DNA of 64,000 nt from Eledone cirrhosa (GCA_964016885.1 OZ024743.1:185318001-185382000); one strand, 5' to 3'; counted from the first letter of the stretch, positions 23,310-35,536 are shown. Numbers and translations: made by a program. The notes: generated by a model from the sequence alone, not told the origin.

Positions 23310-26300
23310 TTCATTTCATTTCATTTGAGTTTGAGTCCATGCTCAGGCCAAGTCGAAGACTCCACCTTCAGAGTCTGGTGTGGTTGCCAGGTTGGATTCT
23401 CTGTTTAATTTTGACATGTGTAGGAGCGAGTTTGAGTCAGTTTGTGCTCGTTGTGTATATCCTGGGAGATGGGGTTCATCTCTAATGGTGCTTAAGTATC
23501 TATCCAGCTGCAATTTGAATGATTCCACACTGCATCCTGATAGATTTCTGACATGTACCGGAATGGAGTTGAATAGTTGTGCTCCTCGAACCAACAGACT
23601 TGACTCTTGCAGGGTTTTTGCTGCCTGGCCAGCTCTTTTGTTGATTGGTGGTAGCTGGCAGCGTCTTCCGTGGCGCAGTGAGTGGTAGGTTTTGATACTA
23701 AAGTTTGGCACCTTTTGCTCTATCATTTTCCAAATGTATATAATTCGGTATCGCTCAAATCTTCTTTCTATTGAGTACATCTTCAAGGTTTTGAGTCTTT
23801 GCCAATAGTCCAGGTCCCTCGTTTCTGAGAAGTATGAGGTAAAATTTCTTTGGAGCGATTCCATCTTAGATAGTTGGCCCTTTGTTGTTGGTGACCACAA
23901 CTGAGAACAGTAGTCAATCCTCGGAAGTACCATACTGTTCCAGAGGGTTTTCATTGTTGAGGTATCTCTTGATTTGAAGGTGCGCAAGATCCACCCGCTG
24001 TACTTTCTTGCAGTAAGACAGACTGAGTCAAGGTGTTCTCTGAATTTTAGGCTGGTTCCCATGTGGATGCCTAAATCTTTCACACACTGTTTTTCCATTA
24101 TTTGTTGTCCTGATGGGTTTCTGTAGTTTGTTGTATTTTTCAGATCTTGATCTGTTCCGTAGCGAATTAGTTCAAACTTCTTATCATTGAACAACATGTT
24201 GTTTGTTTCCTGCCATTTGTATATGGTGGTTAGGTCCTTTTGTAAGGCCTCTGTATCCACCTCGTCTTTGATTTGTCTCATGACCCTGCTGTCATCAGCA
24301 AAGGATGAGACGTTGCTGGTTGTATCTTCATCTATGTCAGAGATGAGGATGAGAAACAGGATCGGGCCGAGTACTGTACCCTGAGGAACACTGCTGGTCA
24401 CAGGTGATGGTGTTGAATGGGTTCCATTCACAGTGACTGTTTGAGTTCTATTTGTAAGGAACTCATGTATCCATGTACCAACTTTTCCTCCTACTCCTAG
24501 CTTTCGAAGTTTGTGTCCCAGGATGCCATGATCTACCTTGTCAAATGCCTTGGCAAAGTCGAGGTAAATAACATCTGTGTTGTATCCATTCTCTAGATTT
24601 TCTAGGATTTGGTCATGGTGTGCCAGTAGTTGGGAAAGACATGATCTACCTAACCTGAATCCATGCTGATTGCAATTCATCAGATTGTTGGATTCCAGGA
24701 ACTCAACCAGTTTTCCACGAACTATTCTTTCGAAGACCTTGATAATGTGTGATGTCAGTGAGATTGGTCGGTAGTTCTTTGGTTTTGATTTGCTGTCCCC
24801 TTTATGTATTGGAGTTATGTGTGCTTCTTTATATGTATTTGGTATTTTGCCATTCTCCATAGATTCCTTCCATATCATGTAAAGGGGTTTCAACAATTGT
24901 ACCTTGCAGTTTTTAAGTATCATGGCATTGAAACCATCAGGCCTCGCAGCCGAGTGCATGGAGAGCTTGTCTATGGCTCTTTCTATGTCTTCTGGGTTGA
25001 AATCAATGTCGGATAGGGTAGGTTTAGTATGGTCGATATCTTTGAAGAATTCTCCTGGGTCATGGATCTTCATGGTTTTAGATGGCCCACTGAAGACACT
25101 TTCATACTGTTGACCCAACATTTCTGCCATTTCAATAGGGTTATTCACTACATCCCCATTTTGTCTCTGGAGAGGTCCTATTGTTGACTTGGTATTCGAG
25201 TATTTCTTTGCAAAACTGTAGAAACATTTTGGATTTTTCTTGATGTTTTCTATGGCTCTCTTTTCTGCATTGTTACGTTCTTCATCATCGTGTTGTTTTA
25301 GATTGTCTTCTAATCTGTATATTTGGTCAAGGACTTTCTGTAGTTCATGTTTTGATGTCAGCTTAGATGTTTTGTTTCTTAGTCTTGACCTTTTGCGCAT
25401 CAGGATCTTTCGCTCCCGTGGTACAGGTTTTTTTGTGGATTTGGTTTTCTTAAGAGGAATATTTTTTGCACATATTTCTTCGACCTTGTTTAAGAATTTC
25501 TTGTGTTTATCTGGCCCAGTAAGGTAGAGATCCCAGTCAATGATTTGTAACTGGTTGTTAATAGTTTCCCAATTTGCCTGGTGATAATCATACCTGCATA
25601 GCTTTGGCATGTCCTTTTGTTTAAGAGTTGTGGCATTGGGCTCATTACCAATGTGTAAATGCATTTCAATAATATTGTGGTCTGAAAGGATTGTTGGGGT
25701 TGAGTGAAGGTCAAATAGCGTGTCCTCATTGTTGGTGAAAACCAAGTCGATCGTATTATTATTTCTAGTTGCTTCTGTCATCATTTGTTTGAGGTATAAT
25801 TTCTCTGTGACTTCCAACAGTTTGGCTGCCTGTTCAGCTTTTGTCCCCAGTTTTAGTATGTGTCCATGTGGCCAGATGATGTTAGGGAAGTTGAAGTCAC
25901 CAAGGAGGATAATGTCTGGCATTGGACTCGCCATGTTTCCCAGAATTTGTTGGAGCTTTGTCAGTGGCTCAGTGAAGGATAATGTTGGGCTGTTTGGCGG
26001 TCTGTACATTATTGTTACAACTGTATTAAGTTGGATGATTTTTATGCACAGCAGGTTGCAGTAGGCATTTGATTCATTGACAAGTTCTATGCATGCATAG
26101 GTATCATGGATATACATGATAACGCCCCCATGGGATCTGCCTTGTCTATCACATCTGAAGATGTTGAATCCATTGATTGAGATTTCGCTGTAGCGGATGT
26201 TTTCTTTGAGATGACTTTCAGTAATTCCAATTATTTTGGAGTTATTTTCTGTTGCTAATTCTTCCAAGAAAGGGACTTTACACTGTTTTGTTTTCGGATA

Positions 26301-26339
26301 AAGACCCTGGATATTTGCTGTTATTTCTGATAAAGAAAC
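23310..26339 (-). mobile_element. CR1-clade (Zenon-like) LINE, near-intact ORF2, no ORF1, (AAATG)n tail
   Basis: Uninterrupted frame from 26339 to the stop at 23343; APE motifs NIQG, GITESHL, GGV, YRPP, GDFN, IDLVF, SDH; RT motifs YRPISL, QHGF, DFAKAFD, VPQG.VLGP, FADD; tail ttcatttcatttc on plus. Confidence 0.95.
23343..26267 (-). CDS. LINE ORF2 protein: apurinic-like endonuclease + reverse transcriptase (974 aa from a TTG; frame open to 26339)
   Basis: ORF track 974 aa; 24 further open codons upstream include ITANIQGL; no ATG until inside the endonuclease domain. Confidence 0.85.
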   Translation of the reverse strand: MEELATENNSKIIGITESHLKENIRYSEISINGFNIFRCDRQGRSHGGVIMYIHDTYACIELVNESNAYCNLLCIKIIQLNTVVTIMYRPPNSPTLSFTEPLTKLQQILGNMASPMPDIILLGDFNFPNIIWPHGHILKLGTKAEQAAKLLEVTEKLYLKQMMTEATRNNNTIDLVFTNNEDTLFDLHSTPTILSDHNIIEMHLHIGNEPNATTLKQKDMPKLCRYDYHQANWETINNQLQIIDWDLYLTGPDKHKKFLNKVEEICAKNIPLKKTKSTKKPVPRERKILMRKRSRLRNKTSKLTSKHELQKVLDQIYRLEDNLKQHDDEERNNAEKRAIENIKKNPKCFYSFAKKYSNTKSTIGPLQRQNGDVVNNPIEMAEMLGQQYESVFSGPSKTMKIHDPGEFFKDIDHTKPTLSDIDFNPEDIERAIDKLSMHSAARPDGFNAMILKNCKVQLLKPLYMIWKESMENGKIPNTYKEAHITPIHKGDSKSKPKNYRPISLTSHIIKVFERIVRGKLVEFLESNNLMNCNQHGFRLGRSCLSQLLAHHDQILENLENGYNTDVIYLDFAKAFDKVDHGILGHKLRKLGVGGKVGTWIHEFLTNRTQTVTVNGTHSTPSPVTSSVPQGTVLGPILFLILISDIDEDTTSNVSSFADDSRVMRQIKDEVDTEALQKDLTTIYKWQETNNMLFNDKKFELIRYGTDQDLKNTTNYRNPSGQQIMEKQCVKDLGIHMGTSLKFREHLDSVCLTARKYSGWILRTFKSRDTSTMKTLWNSMVLPRIDYCSQLWSPTTKGQLSKMESLQRNFTSYFSETRDLDYWQRLKTLKMYSIERRFERYRIIYIWKMIEQKVPNFSIKTYHSLRHGRRCQLPPINKRAGQAAKTLQESSLLVRGAQLFNSIPVHVRNLSGCSVESFKLQLDRYLSTIRDEPHLPGYTQRAQTDSNSLLHMSKLNRESNLATTPDSEGGVFDLA

Positions 26340-27009
26340 TCAGGCAGTCTTTTTGTGATTCAGTTTAAAGATTGTTAGACCAAATATGTGTATCATTTTA
26401 ACAGTTTCAGTTATAATCATGATTAAAGATTTAGTGTAGTAGGTTTGTTTTTTTGAAGTTGTTGTTGCTGTTTTATAACCAAAGTCAGCTATCTTTGAGC
26501 AGACCTCTGACTTTTTCTAAACACTGTATCTAGGTCTACATTAACCAATATGTTCTTTGGTTTTTAAGGCAGTAGGTTCTTATTTACTTGCAGTATTTAG
26601 TATATGTGTTTTGATGCTGATAAAGTGTAATAAGCTATTAACTCACTATTCATAAAATACATACAGATCTAGTAAAAGATGTTGAGTTTACATGAGTGTG
26701 TGCAGGTAACTTAAAAGATGTGCAAAGTTATAACATTAATGTAACAGCAAGTATTGCATGGTTGAAGTAACAATGTTGGAGATGATTAATATAAAGAATG
26801 TTGGGTATATATAACTGAAATGAGAGATGGTGCCTAATACAGAAAAGTTTGTTGTTGTGGAATAGTTTGTGACGACATGACATAATGTAAAGAGGCAACC
26901 AGTCATAATGAACAACAACTTTTGAAAAATAGTTTCATGTTAGACATAGCTTTACTGATTACCTGCACCACTTCAGAGATAATATGCTAGAAAAGCAGAG
27001 AGCAACATA

Positions 27010-27195
27010 AGCCTAGTAGATGAATATGAAAGCTTAGTTGACAGATATGACAGCTTAGTGGATAAATATGATAGCTTGGGAGGACACATATGACAACTTG
27101 GTGGACAGATATGACAGTTTAGTTGGCAGATATGATAGCTTAGTGGATGGATATGACAGCTTGGTAGATGAATATGATAGCTTGGTGGCTGGATG
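27010..27195. repeat. 21-bp minisatellite (~9 units) reading SLVD[ERKG]YD (+) or TKLSYxS (-)
   Basis: agcttagtggacagatatgac-type units, one 1-nt insertion near 27079. Confidence 0.85.
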
Positions 27196-28374
27196 TAATT
27201 GGATGGTGCTTGTTGTTTAGTTCCAGATTATTCTGATAAAAAAATCTCATAAAAAAAACAGCATTCTACCTCCCATATTTGTTAAGACATAAATATACTA
27301 GGACTACATCACATCTCCCATATTTGTTAAGACATAAGTGTACTTATAACTGTATTATCTCATATGATCTTTCTTTTTTAAAATAGTAGAGTCTGATTTT
27401 ATGGAGATTTCTCTGCTATTACTAGCAGGTTGAGCAACTGCAGCAAGCTCGGCTCACTGACTGAATGTTTGAGGTGTATGTTAATGGATATAGCTAGGTA
27501 GTCGATAAATATGAAGGTGCTAGTGAGAGTAGAAAAACTGCTTTCTTATGTATTTCTATATCTCTTAGTGAAAGAAAGGGCTTGATAAAAAAGAGGGACT
27601 AATTCAAGAAGAATATTCCAGAGGAAGACTGAGGTGCCACTAAGTCTAGCCACTTAGGGATGAAGATTTAGGATTATGAGAATTCAGCAAAATTTAAGCA
27701 AATCCTTTCGAGTACAGATTAAATTGCATGTGTTCAATATGAAAAACCTGACGTTTTATGGACTGTGAGTTGCATAAAGGTAATTTGTGCTCCCCAAACG
27801 GTATAGTTGTCATCATCGTTTAACATTCACTTTCCCTGCTAGCAAAGGTTAGATTGTATAAGTTATATTTTACATATGAATGTAACTGAGTGGTATCAGC
27901 TGATAACATCCTGTATGTGTTATAAGCTGTAACGTTACTTGTACAGCAGCTATATCACCACTGATAAATTATTTGTCTGCTGTTGGCTTACCAGATTCCA
28001 TAATGTCTATGTAGCAGTTCATTTTTGTCTATGACATCAGAAATAAAATCACATAATTAGGCTATAATTGATGATGGAAGGCAATCATCATCACTGTTGA
28101 ACAAATATTTTCCATGCTTGCTTGGTTTAGACAGGTCAGATGACCACCTTTTGCTCATACGATGCCTTTCCTAATGCCAACTATATTACAGCGTGTACTG
28201 GGAGCATTTTTCATGGCACTAGAACTATGTGGCAATGTGGAATGAGTGTATCATGGGGATGGCCTTGAAGAGAATGAGTTGAGCTTGACAATATATTGTG
28301 AAACATATTTGACTTTCCATGGATGTATGAAATTGGACATATTTTATAAAATATAAACATACTTTTATCCTTAT

Positions 28375-28628
28375 TGTGGGTATGGTGTGGCGTGCGGTGG
28401 CCGGAAGCGGGAGAGTGCTCGACCGGAAGGGTGCTTGGCCGGAAGGATGCTCGACCGGAAGGGCCAGCAGATGGGCCTCTCTCTAGCGGTGACCAGCAAC
28501 GGTGTGGACGCAGGTTCTGGCAGCTCCCGGTGTTAAGGAGCTGGACGCACGTGGAAGAGGAGAAACTAGCAGTGGGATTTAGCGGTGCCTATGAAAAGCG
28601 GTAAGTGAGATAGCTTTTTCTAACTACA
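28375..28628. mobile_element. Solo LTR (254 bp) with TG...CA ends and 5-bp TSD CTTAT
   Basis: cttat|TGTGG...CTACA|cttat; GC- and CpG-rich against an AT-rich background; four CCGGAAG motifs. Confidence 0.8.
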
Positions 28629-28654
28629 CTTATCATAGTAAAAAGTATTAAATA

Positions 28655-28839
28655 TATGAGAATCGGCTGAAAAGTTCATAAGCTGACTAGAGCTATGAAA
28701 TCTTGCATACAATAATTTCAACTCGTTTTATTAATAACTACATTGTTTCTTTCAAAGGACTATGTTGAAAAATAAATCTCATTTGGTCGTTTCATGAGAG
28801 TATCTTGTCAGCCTACAAACTTTTCAGCCAACCCTCATA
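28655..28839. mobile_element. Mariner-type MITE (~185 bp) 15 nt from the exon 9 donor
   Basis: TIRs tatgagaatcggctgaaaagttcataagctgac / gtcagcctacaaacttttcagccaaccctcata. Confidence 0.8.
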
Positions 28840-28854
28840 CATATGAATACTTAC

Positions 28855-28947
28855 ATCTTTTTTGGATCCTTTTTGTTGTAATGCTGATAACTGCAAAAAT
28901 TGATCTTTTGTAGCTATAATCCATTGCTGTTCAATATCGTTGACTGC
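28855..28947 (-). CDS. SNX17: SNX17 exon 9 (AVNDIEQQWIIATKDQFLQLSALQQKGSKKD)
   Basis: TTGTAG acceptor, GAT|GTAAGT donor, 93 nt. Confidence 0.96.
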
Positions 28948-29271
28948 CTACAAACATTTCAAGACAGAAATATTTATTTTAAAAATATTACCTTAAGCTT
29001 AATTTCCAAAAGGTAAGGTGTAGTAGTCCAAATTTTAAATACAGTAAAAATATATTATGCAAAATGAACAAACAATTTCCATTTCTCAATTAATTAATTG
29101 AAGTAATAAACAGGTTAAAAAGTTACTATTTGCTCATATTTGTTTGAATTCTATTTTACCTTGTCTTCAATAATCCAAATATAACAAAAATAAAAGTTTA
29201 GAGACATACAAATTTAAACCAATCACATATTCCAGAAAAAGAATTAATGCTGGCTGTTTGTTTTAACTCAC

Positions 29272-29341
29272 CTGTGTGTAAAGCAAGGACAGTGTCACTC
29301 GGTTATTGAGAAGGTCATTATCATATTGTGAATCCCAGTAG
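29272..29341 (-). CDS. SNX17: SNX17 exon 8 (SYWDSQYDNDLLNNRVTLSLLYTQ)
   Basis: TCTAG acceptor, CAG|GTGAGT donor, 70 nt; YWDS.YD and LLY.Q conserved. Confidence 0.96.
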
Positions 29342-30064
29342 CTAGATACAAAATATTACAAATAATCAAATTGAAAAGTAATATAAATTAAGGAAAAAAT
29401 TTTCTAAAAATTCATTTAATCAAAAGAAGGAAATTGAAATTAAAATAGAATTAAAGAATGCTAATTATCCTGAAAATATAACAATCAAAACAATACAAAG
29501 ACTTTTGTGAATAAATAATTATTTTTACACTTCTATATTTTAACTATACAGTAAATTTATACTTTTCTAAAAAGCATAGGAAAAAGTTAAGTTATTTTTT
29601 AATATAAAATACTTCTTTTAACTGATTGATATTAATATTAGCTTTTATGTTGACAATAACAGTTTTGGAAACACATGAAAAACAACCAAAAAAACTTTGC
29701 TCAGTATTAAAAAATTAAATGACTATACAGAATTAGCTCCAGTGATTTAATATTAATATAATGCTGGTACCATGAAAAAAGCTCCTAGTTCATGCTGTAA
29801 TGTGATTGGTATTAGGAAGGTCATCAAGCTGTAGAAAACTAAGCTAAAATTAGATCATATGAGCTATATGCGGATAGCCGACCTGTCAGGCCTCATAACG
29901 TGACAACCCATGTAATCTATGTTAGCATGAAAAATAGATATTAAATGATGATGATGATATGAAAGTTAAATATTACTCTTGATAGGATACCAATCTATCA
30001 CATAATATTCCTAGCTACACAATCTGAAACTTAAGAGAAAATTGTGGCACAAAATTAAGTGTAT

Positions 30065-30340
30065 TTAATTAAGAGATTTACAAAATGTTTGTAACAGATT
30101 CTGAACATAAAGCCACATGTTAGCTCAAAACCTTATCTCCTCGGTTATGTTGATGCTTGCAACAGATTATGAACACAAAACCTTATCTCCTTGGTTATTT
30201 TAATGCTCAGAGGCATACAAAATGCTTGCAACAGATTATGAATACAAAACCATACCTCATTTATTTTGCTGCTCAGAGACATACAAAATGCTTGCAACAG
30301 ATTATGAACACAAAACCTTATCACCTCAGTTATTTTGTAA
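30065..30340. repeat. ~65-70 bp tandem repeat, 3-4 degenerate units
   Basis: Recurrent caaaatgcttgcaacagattatgaa.acaaaacc. Confidence 0.8.
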
Positions 30341-30899
30341 ATATAATGAGAGGAGAGAATACTTCAAAATATTAACTGGATTATTACTCAAGTTATAGTT
30401 TTATAAAAATTACAATGATCAAAGAACAAATGTTCCGAGTAAAAAGTATTATAAATTATAATAAACTGTTGTACTAAACGTTAATTAAATTTATCCTAAT
30501 TATCTTTTCTCCATAATTCATTATCACTGTTTAACGTCCATTTTCCATGCTCGCATGGGTTAGACAGCTTGTCTCGTTGTGAGATAAGTCTGATCAGATG
30601 TCCGTGTCTTACTCACACAGAACCTTTTCTTCATTTCTACAGCCCATCCCAATGCCAACCATATTTATAGTGTAGACTGGGTGCCTTTTATCATGGTACC
30701 AAAGTGACCCCTTTACAGTGTGTATTTAAAAAAAATATATATTTCATACATTGCTATAAGGAAGAAACTTATAAGTAAAAAAAATTGTTCTTGGGGAACA
30801 TCAGTCACATTGATCTCGCCAATCATGGAGTGCGTACAAAGACCATGACCACAGCCCCATTCCTCAAAACACTCAAAACAAAATTAAATACATTATACT

Positions 30900-31330
30900 A
30901 GTGGAAAGCCTTGGATAAGCTAACTATAATTTGGAAATCAAAGCTCCTTAAACAAATGAAACTCAAATTTTTCCAAGTGACTGTCGAGTCAGTCCTCCTA
31001 TACAGGTATACTTGTTGGAACATACACAAGAATGCTCAGAGTGGCTTTAAACATATTCTAAAAGTAACTCTACAGCTATCTACCTGCAATCTCTCATACC
31101 ATTCAAGAGAGATGAATTAGATGCATGGGATATTGTTGGAGAGCAAACAATGAAATTGTCAGTGATGTGTTGTTATGGACACTAAAGCATGGGCATTCCA
31201 ACATGGACAGACTTTACATAACCTACATCAAACAGCTATATGAGAATGCTGAGTGCAATTTGAAGTACCTGACATGAGCAATGCATGACTGAGACAGATG
31301 GAGAGTCACAGCAATCCATGTAACCAAAAT
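30900..31330 (+). mobile_element. Degenerate RTE-like LINE C-terminal fragment
   Basis: WKALDKLTIIWKS...KLKFFQVTVESVLLY and a later G.CWR...WTLKHG remnant. Confidence 0.65.
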
Positions 31331-31485
31331 GCAAAGATGACGAGGCATAGAATCAGTCTTTTGATAAGTAACCAATTCGTATACTATAGAGAATTTAAGA
31401 TATTCTTCTATTCTTAAAACTAGGTACATTTTTTCAAGTTGAAATAGTATATTCTAAGAAAGTGATAAAAAGCATGTCAAGTTAC

Positions 31486-31576
31486 CTTTTCCGTAGTACA
31501 ATGCGATGAGGTCCATCTTTATTAAATGATTTTAAAGAGATGTAGGGAGATTCAAAATCTTGAAGTTTACGGATAA
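31486..31576 (-). CDS. SNX17: SNX17 exon 7 (IIRKLQDFESPYISLKSFNKDGPHRIVLRK)
   Basis: Pyrimidine tract + AAG acceptor, AG|GTAACT donor, 91 nt; RKLQxFExPY motif. Confidence 0.95.
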
Positions 31577-32943
31577 CTTCAAAAGAAATAGAAAAAGAAG
31601 TCAGAGAAAAATATACAAGGATACATTTATCAAATCAATTGCTGATTTGTAAATAATATGGGAATGTATACAAACAATAATTGAATGCCACCTAAACAAT
31701 AAATAAAACTGAAAATTATATAATAAAACATGACCTTACATACAATAATGATTTCATTTGATTAGTCATAAGACCAATATTCATAAATTTGGAATATAGT
31801 TAATTTAATCAACACTAAGAATATACAAATAATACATGCACTTATTTCAACAACTTCAGCGGGATAGGCATTAGGAACTGAGCTCAGGAATGGGAGGTTA
31901 AAAAATGAATACTGAAAAATATCAAGATTTGAGTACTGTCATACCTTTACACTCCATTTAAATTATTATCTATGTAGAAATTTTATCTCACTCAAACATT
32001 ATCTCTGATTAATTTCCTCACCAGAAGAAAATATTGTATATTTTCTCACAAATTTTATAGCTAATGTTCAGACAACATTTACCTAAATATTTTATTATTT
32101 CTGCTCAATATGAGTGGTGGACTGGCAGAATCGTTAGTATATCAGATGAAATGCATTGCAGTATTTAGTTACAACCCAATATAGTCTGGTTTCAAGTCCA
32201 GCCAAAGTCAACTTTGCCTTCTATCCTTCTGAGGTTACCATAATAAAGTACCAGTTAAGGTGTTGATATAATTGACTTTCCATTTCCCACAAAATTGCTG
32301 GCCTTGTACCAAAATTAGAAACCCTTATTTCCACTTAGTTTAAAACTATCAATGGTGTGTAACTTTTATTTCCCTCAATCATTAATTTCTCCTTTAGAGG
32401 TAAATGCATAGTATATTTTATCAGAGTTTTGTAGCTAATGTTCAGACATGTTTCATGATGTATGCCTTGTGTTGACAAGTGTCACCTCTCTAGTGTTTGT
32501 GCCACAATAAAATGTACCAAATAGACTCTGTAAAGTGGTTGGCAACCGAACAGAGAATATAGAGTCCAGAAGACTCTTCGGTGTTGCTGAATACATGACA
32601 ACCTTCCTAGTGTTGATACCATGTTAAATGCAGCCAGTACATTCAATAAAGTGGTAGTTCTGGTACCATGATAAAATACTCCCAGTAAACACTCTGCAAA
32701 GTGGTTGGTATTAGGTAGGGCATCAAGCCATAGAAACCATGCCAAAATATGAAATGTATGAGCAAGATGGTTCTTTGCCTGCATCTCCTCTTGGACTGTG
32801 ACAACCTGTCCAACCCGTGTTAACAATGAAAGCCCATATATGATGATCCTGATGATGATGATGATAAATATGAAACATAATGCATTTAGGACGTTTCATT
32901 TTCTAAACACAGAACTTCAATAAAAAAAAATATATTGGCTTAC

Positions 32944-33031
32944 TGCAGCAGTGATCTGCTTCCCTCTTTACAAGGTAAAGAGCAAAATAGTATGTGTGTT
33001 CTTCAGAAATTTCAATCTGGGATGCAACAGC
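32944..33031 (-). CDS. SNX17: SNX17 exon 6 (AVASQIEISEEHTYYFALYLVKREADHCC)
   Basis: TTGTAG acceptor, A|GTAAGC donor, 88 nt ending phase 1; YFxLxLV motif. Confidence 0.93.
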
Positions 33032-35244
33032 CTACAAAAAATAATGTTAAGAATATTTTATTTTGAGATTATAAGATAACCAGTGAGAGAAAAATTGACT
33101 AAGGTAAAAAAGTGAAAAGAAGTCTCAAAACAATTGACATTTAAAAAAAACTATTATCTAACTCCAAATATTAAATTTTTATTCCTTTAGCAATGAGAAT
33201 TTGAAAAAAAATACATATACTGTAATACATATACTCGTGTAAAAGTCAAATTTTTAAAACCATTTTTAAAGGTTAAATTTAAGGGGTCAACTATTACGTG
33301 GATACTATTTTTGAAGGGCTTGAAATTCAAGCTAGAATCCAAAGTGTTATATCAGTAGCAGAAGCCCAACTGATCTCTAAATGAATGAAAACAAAAACAA
33401 TGAATTACAGTAATATTGTGATGGTAGTGGTGGTGGTGCAGGTGCTGGTGGAATGTACAAGAGTACTCTGTAAATAATATTATATGCTTATATATTTAAC
33501 GATCAGAAAAAAACAAAGCAAAATTTGCAAAGTGTAAAGAATTGTAAGTTTAATAACCTTGATTGATTTTCTTGGGATGTAAAGATTATCAAATGGTTGA
33601 ATATACATTCACTCAGATACCTACTACATACTTGCACAGAATTTTCTTGAAAATACATTTAGACACAAGGCCAGCCACTTGTGGGGATGGGAAAGTAGAT
33701 TATACTGACCTTCATTATTTTACTGGCATTTTATTTTATCAATTTTGAAGGGGTGAAGAGTTCAAATCCTGTTGAGGTTAACTTTGCCTTTCATCCTTAT
33801 GGGGGTGATAAGATAAAGTACCAGTAATGCACTGGGGTAAATTTAATCAATTTCCCCTCCCCTATAATTGTTGGTCTTGTGCTTAAATCAGAAACCATTA
33901 TTTAATACATAAATAATAATAACTGTCCCTAATGTAATCCAATATCTGTTGTTGATTGTTTGTTTTTCTCTCTCTCTTTCTTCTCTTTCAAATCCTTCAT
34001 TTCATTTTATGTTACCTCCTATACTCAGTTGACCACCACCACCAGATTATGTTATCTTTAACCCCAGAACAAACAGGGTCCCTAATTTAATGTCTGTTGC
34101 TAATTGTATGCCCATCTATCTCCACCTCCATCCTGAACTAAATATATTCATAATCATCATTGAATTATAAATTACCCACTAGTGATTAGAATAAATTACT
34201 TAGCTATAATTTGTTTAATTAGTATTAACTGACTATAATTTGTATAATTAGTTTGTATATGCAGCCACAGGTATTGTGAAGTCAGACAAGAGGGTGGGGG
34301 TGGATAGTTGCTCCAAATCAATAACACTGCATGGGGTAAACTTGTGATCTGTTAGTTATAGAGAAGGCAACACACCTAGGAGGGCACTGAATAAATAAGA
34401 CTAAATAATTGTTCTTTTGACACAAGGCCAGCAATTACCTCAGTGCATTACTGGTACTTTATTTTATCATCCCCGTAAGGATGAAAGGCAAAGTTAACAT
34501 TGGCAGGATTTGAACTCAGAACGTAAAGGGCTGTGACTATGTTGCAAAGCATGGCAGCTGACCCTCTACCGATACTGCCAATCCACCGCCCTTATATATA
34601 AGACTATATAATAAGGAATACTCAAAACTAAAAAAAACTGAATATCTGACATAAAATACAGATTTCATTGTGGCTAATGCAGTGGGTGTCTCCAGTCATT
34701 CTTCACAGTAATGCTTTTGCTGTTTTGTCTGCAGGGCACAGCTGAGGCACTGCTCAAACTAGGGTGTGGTGACTATCCCTCACCCCTTCCCTTTCTTTCA
34801 CTGCTTCATCCTTCTTTCTTTTTCTCCTTTTCATTTTCTTTTCTGTTTCCTTTAGTAGTGTGTTTTGTTTTTATTAAATACTGCTCAAGTATTTTTATAC
34901 AAGGTTAATGGCCTTTCATGATATTGCGAGATTTTGTATATTGAATAAGCCAATGTGTGCAAAGATATTTCCTCCAGTTATCTCAAATCATATATGTAAC
35001 AATAAATTACTATGGCACACAGAACCGTCTCCTCTCCTTATCAAAATGCCAGACTTCTTTTTCTCATAGTAACTACATTTACTTAAACTACCACACTGTT
35101 ATCTTTCCTCACAATAACTACATATACTTAAACTACCACACTATTTCTTGGAATATTTCTCAACAAAGTAAACTCATCAGTTTCCTATAATTTTAGATAT
35201 AACAGTAAATAAATCTGAATTAATTATGAAATAGTTGATATATC

Positions 35245-35536
35245 AAGTGTCACGACAAAAAGCACCCAGTCGACACTGTAAAGTAGTCGTGTAGGTGCCA
35301 TGAGAAAAAATACCCAGTTCACACTGTAATTTGGTCGTGTAAGTGACATGACAAAAAGCACCCAGTACTCACTGTAAATGAGGTTGAAGGGCATCCAGCT
35401 GTAGAAACCAAGCCAAAATCAGTTCTGTATGAATATGACATGGTTACCTAACCATGGCATTTCTCTCAACAGGATAACTTGTCTAACCCATGCTAGCGTG
35501 GAAAAGTGGATGTAAAATGGTAATGGTGATGATGAT
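35245..35536 (+). mobile_element. RTE 3'UTR fragment with ~3 internal 47-bp units and (GAT)n tail
   Basis: aaaaagcacccag..cacactgtaa units, gggcatccagctgtagaaa, ctaacccatgctagcgtggaaaag. Confidence 0.75.

Noticed and set aside
23279-26064. Plus-strand and alternate-frame ORFs overlapping the large LINE
   Set aside because: Shadow ORFs of the LINE ORF2.
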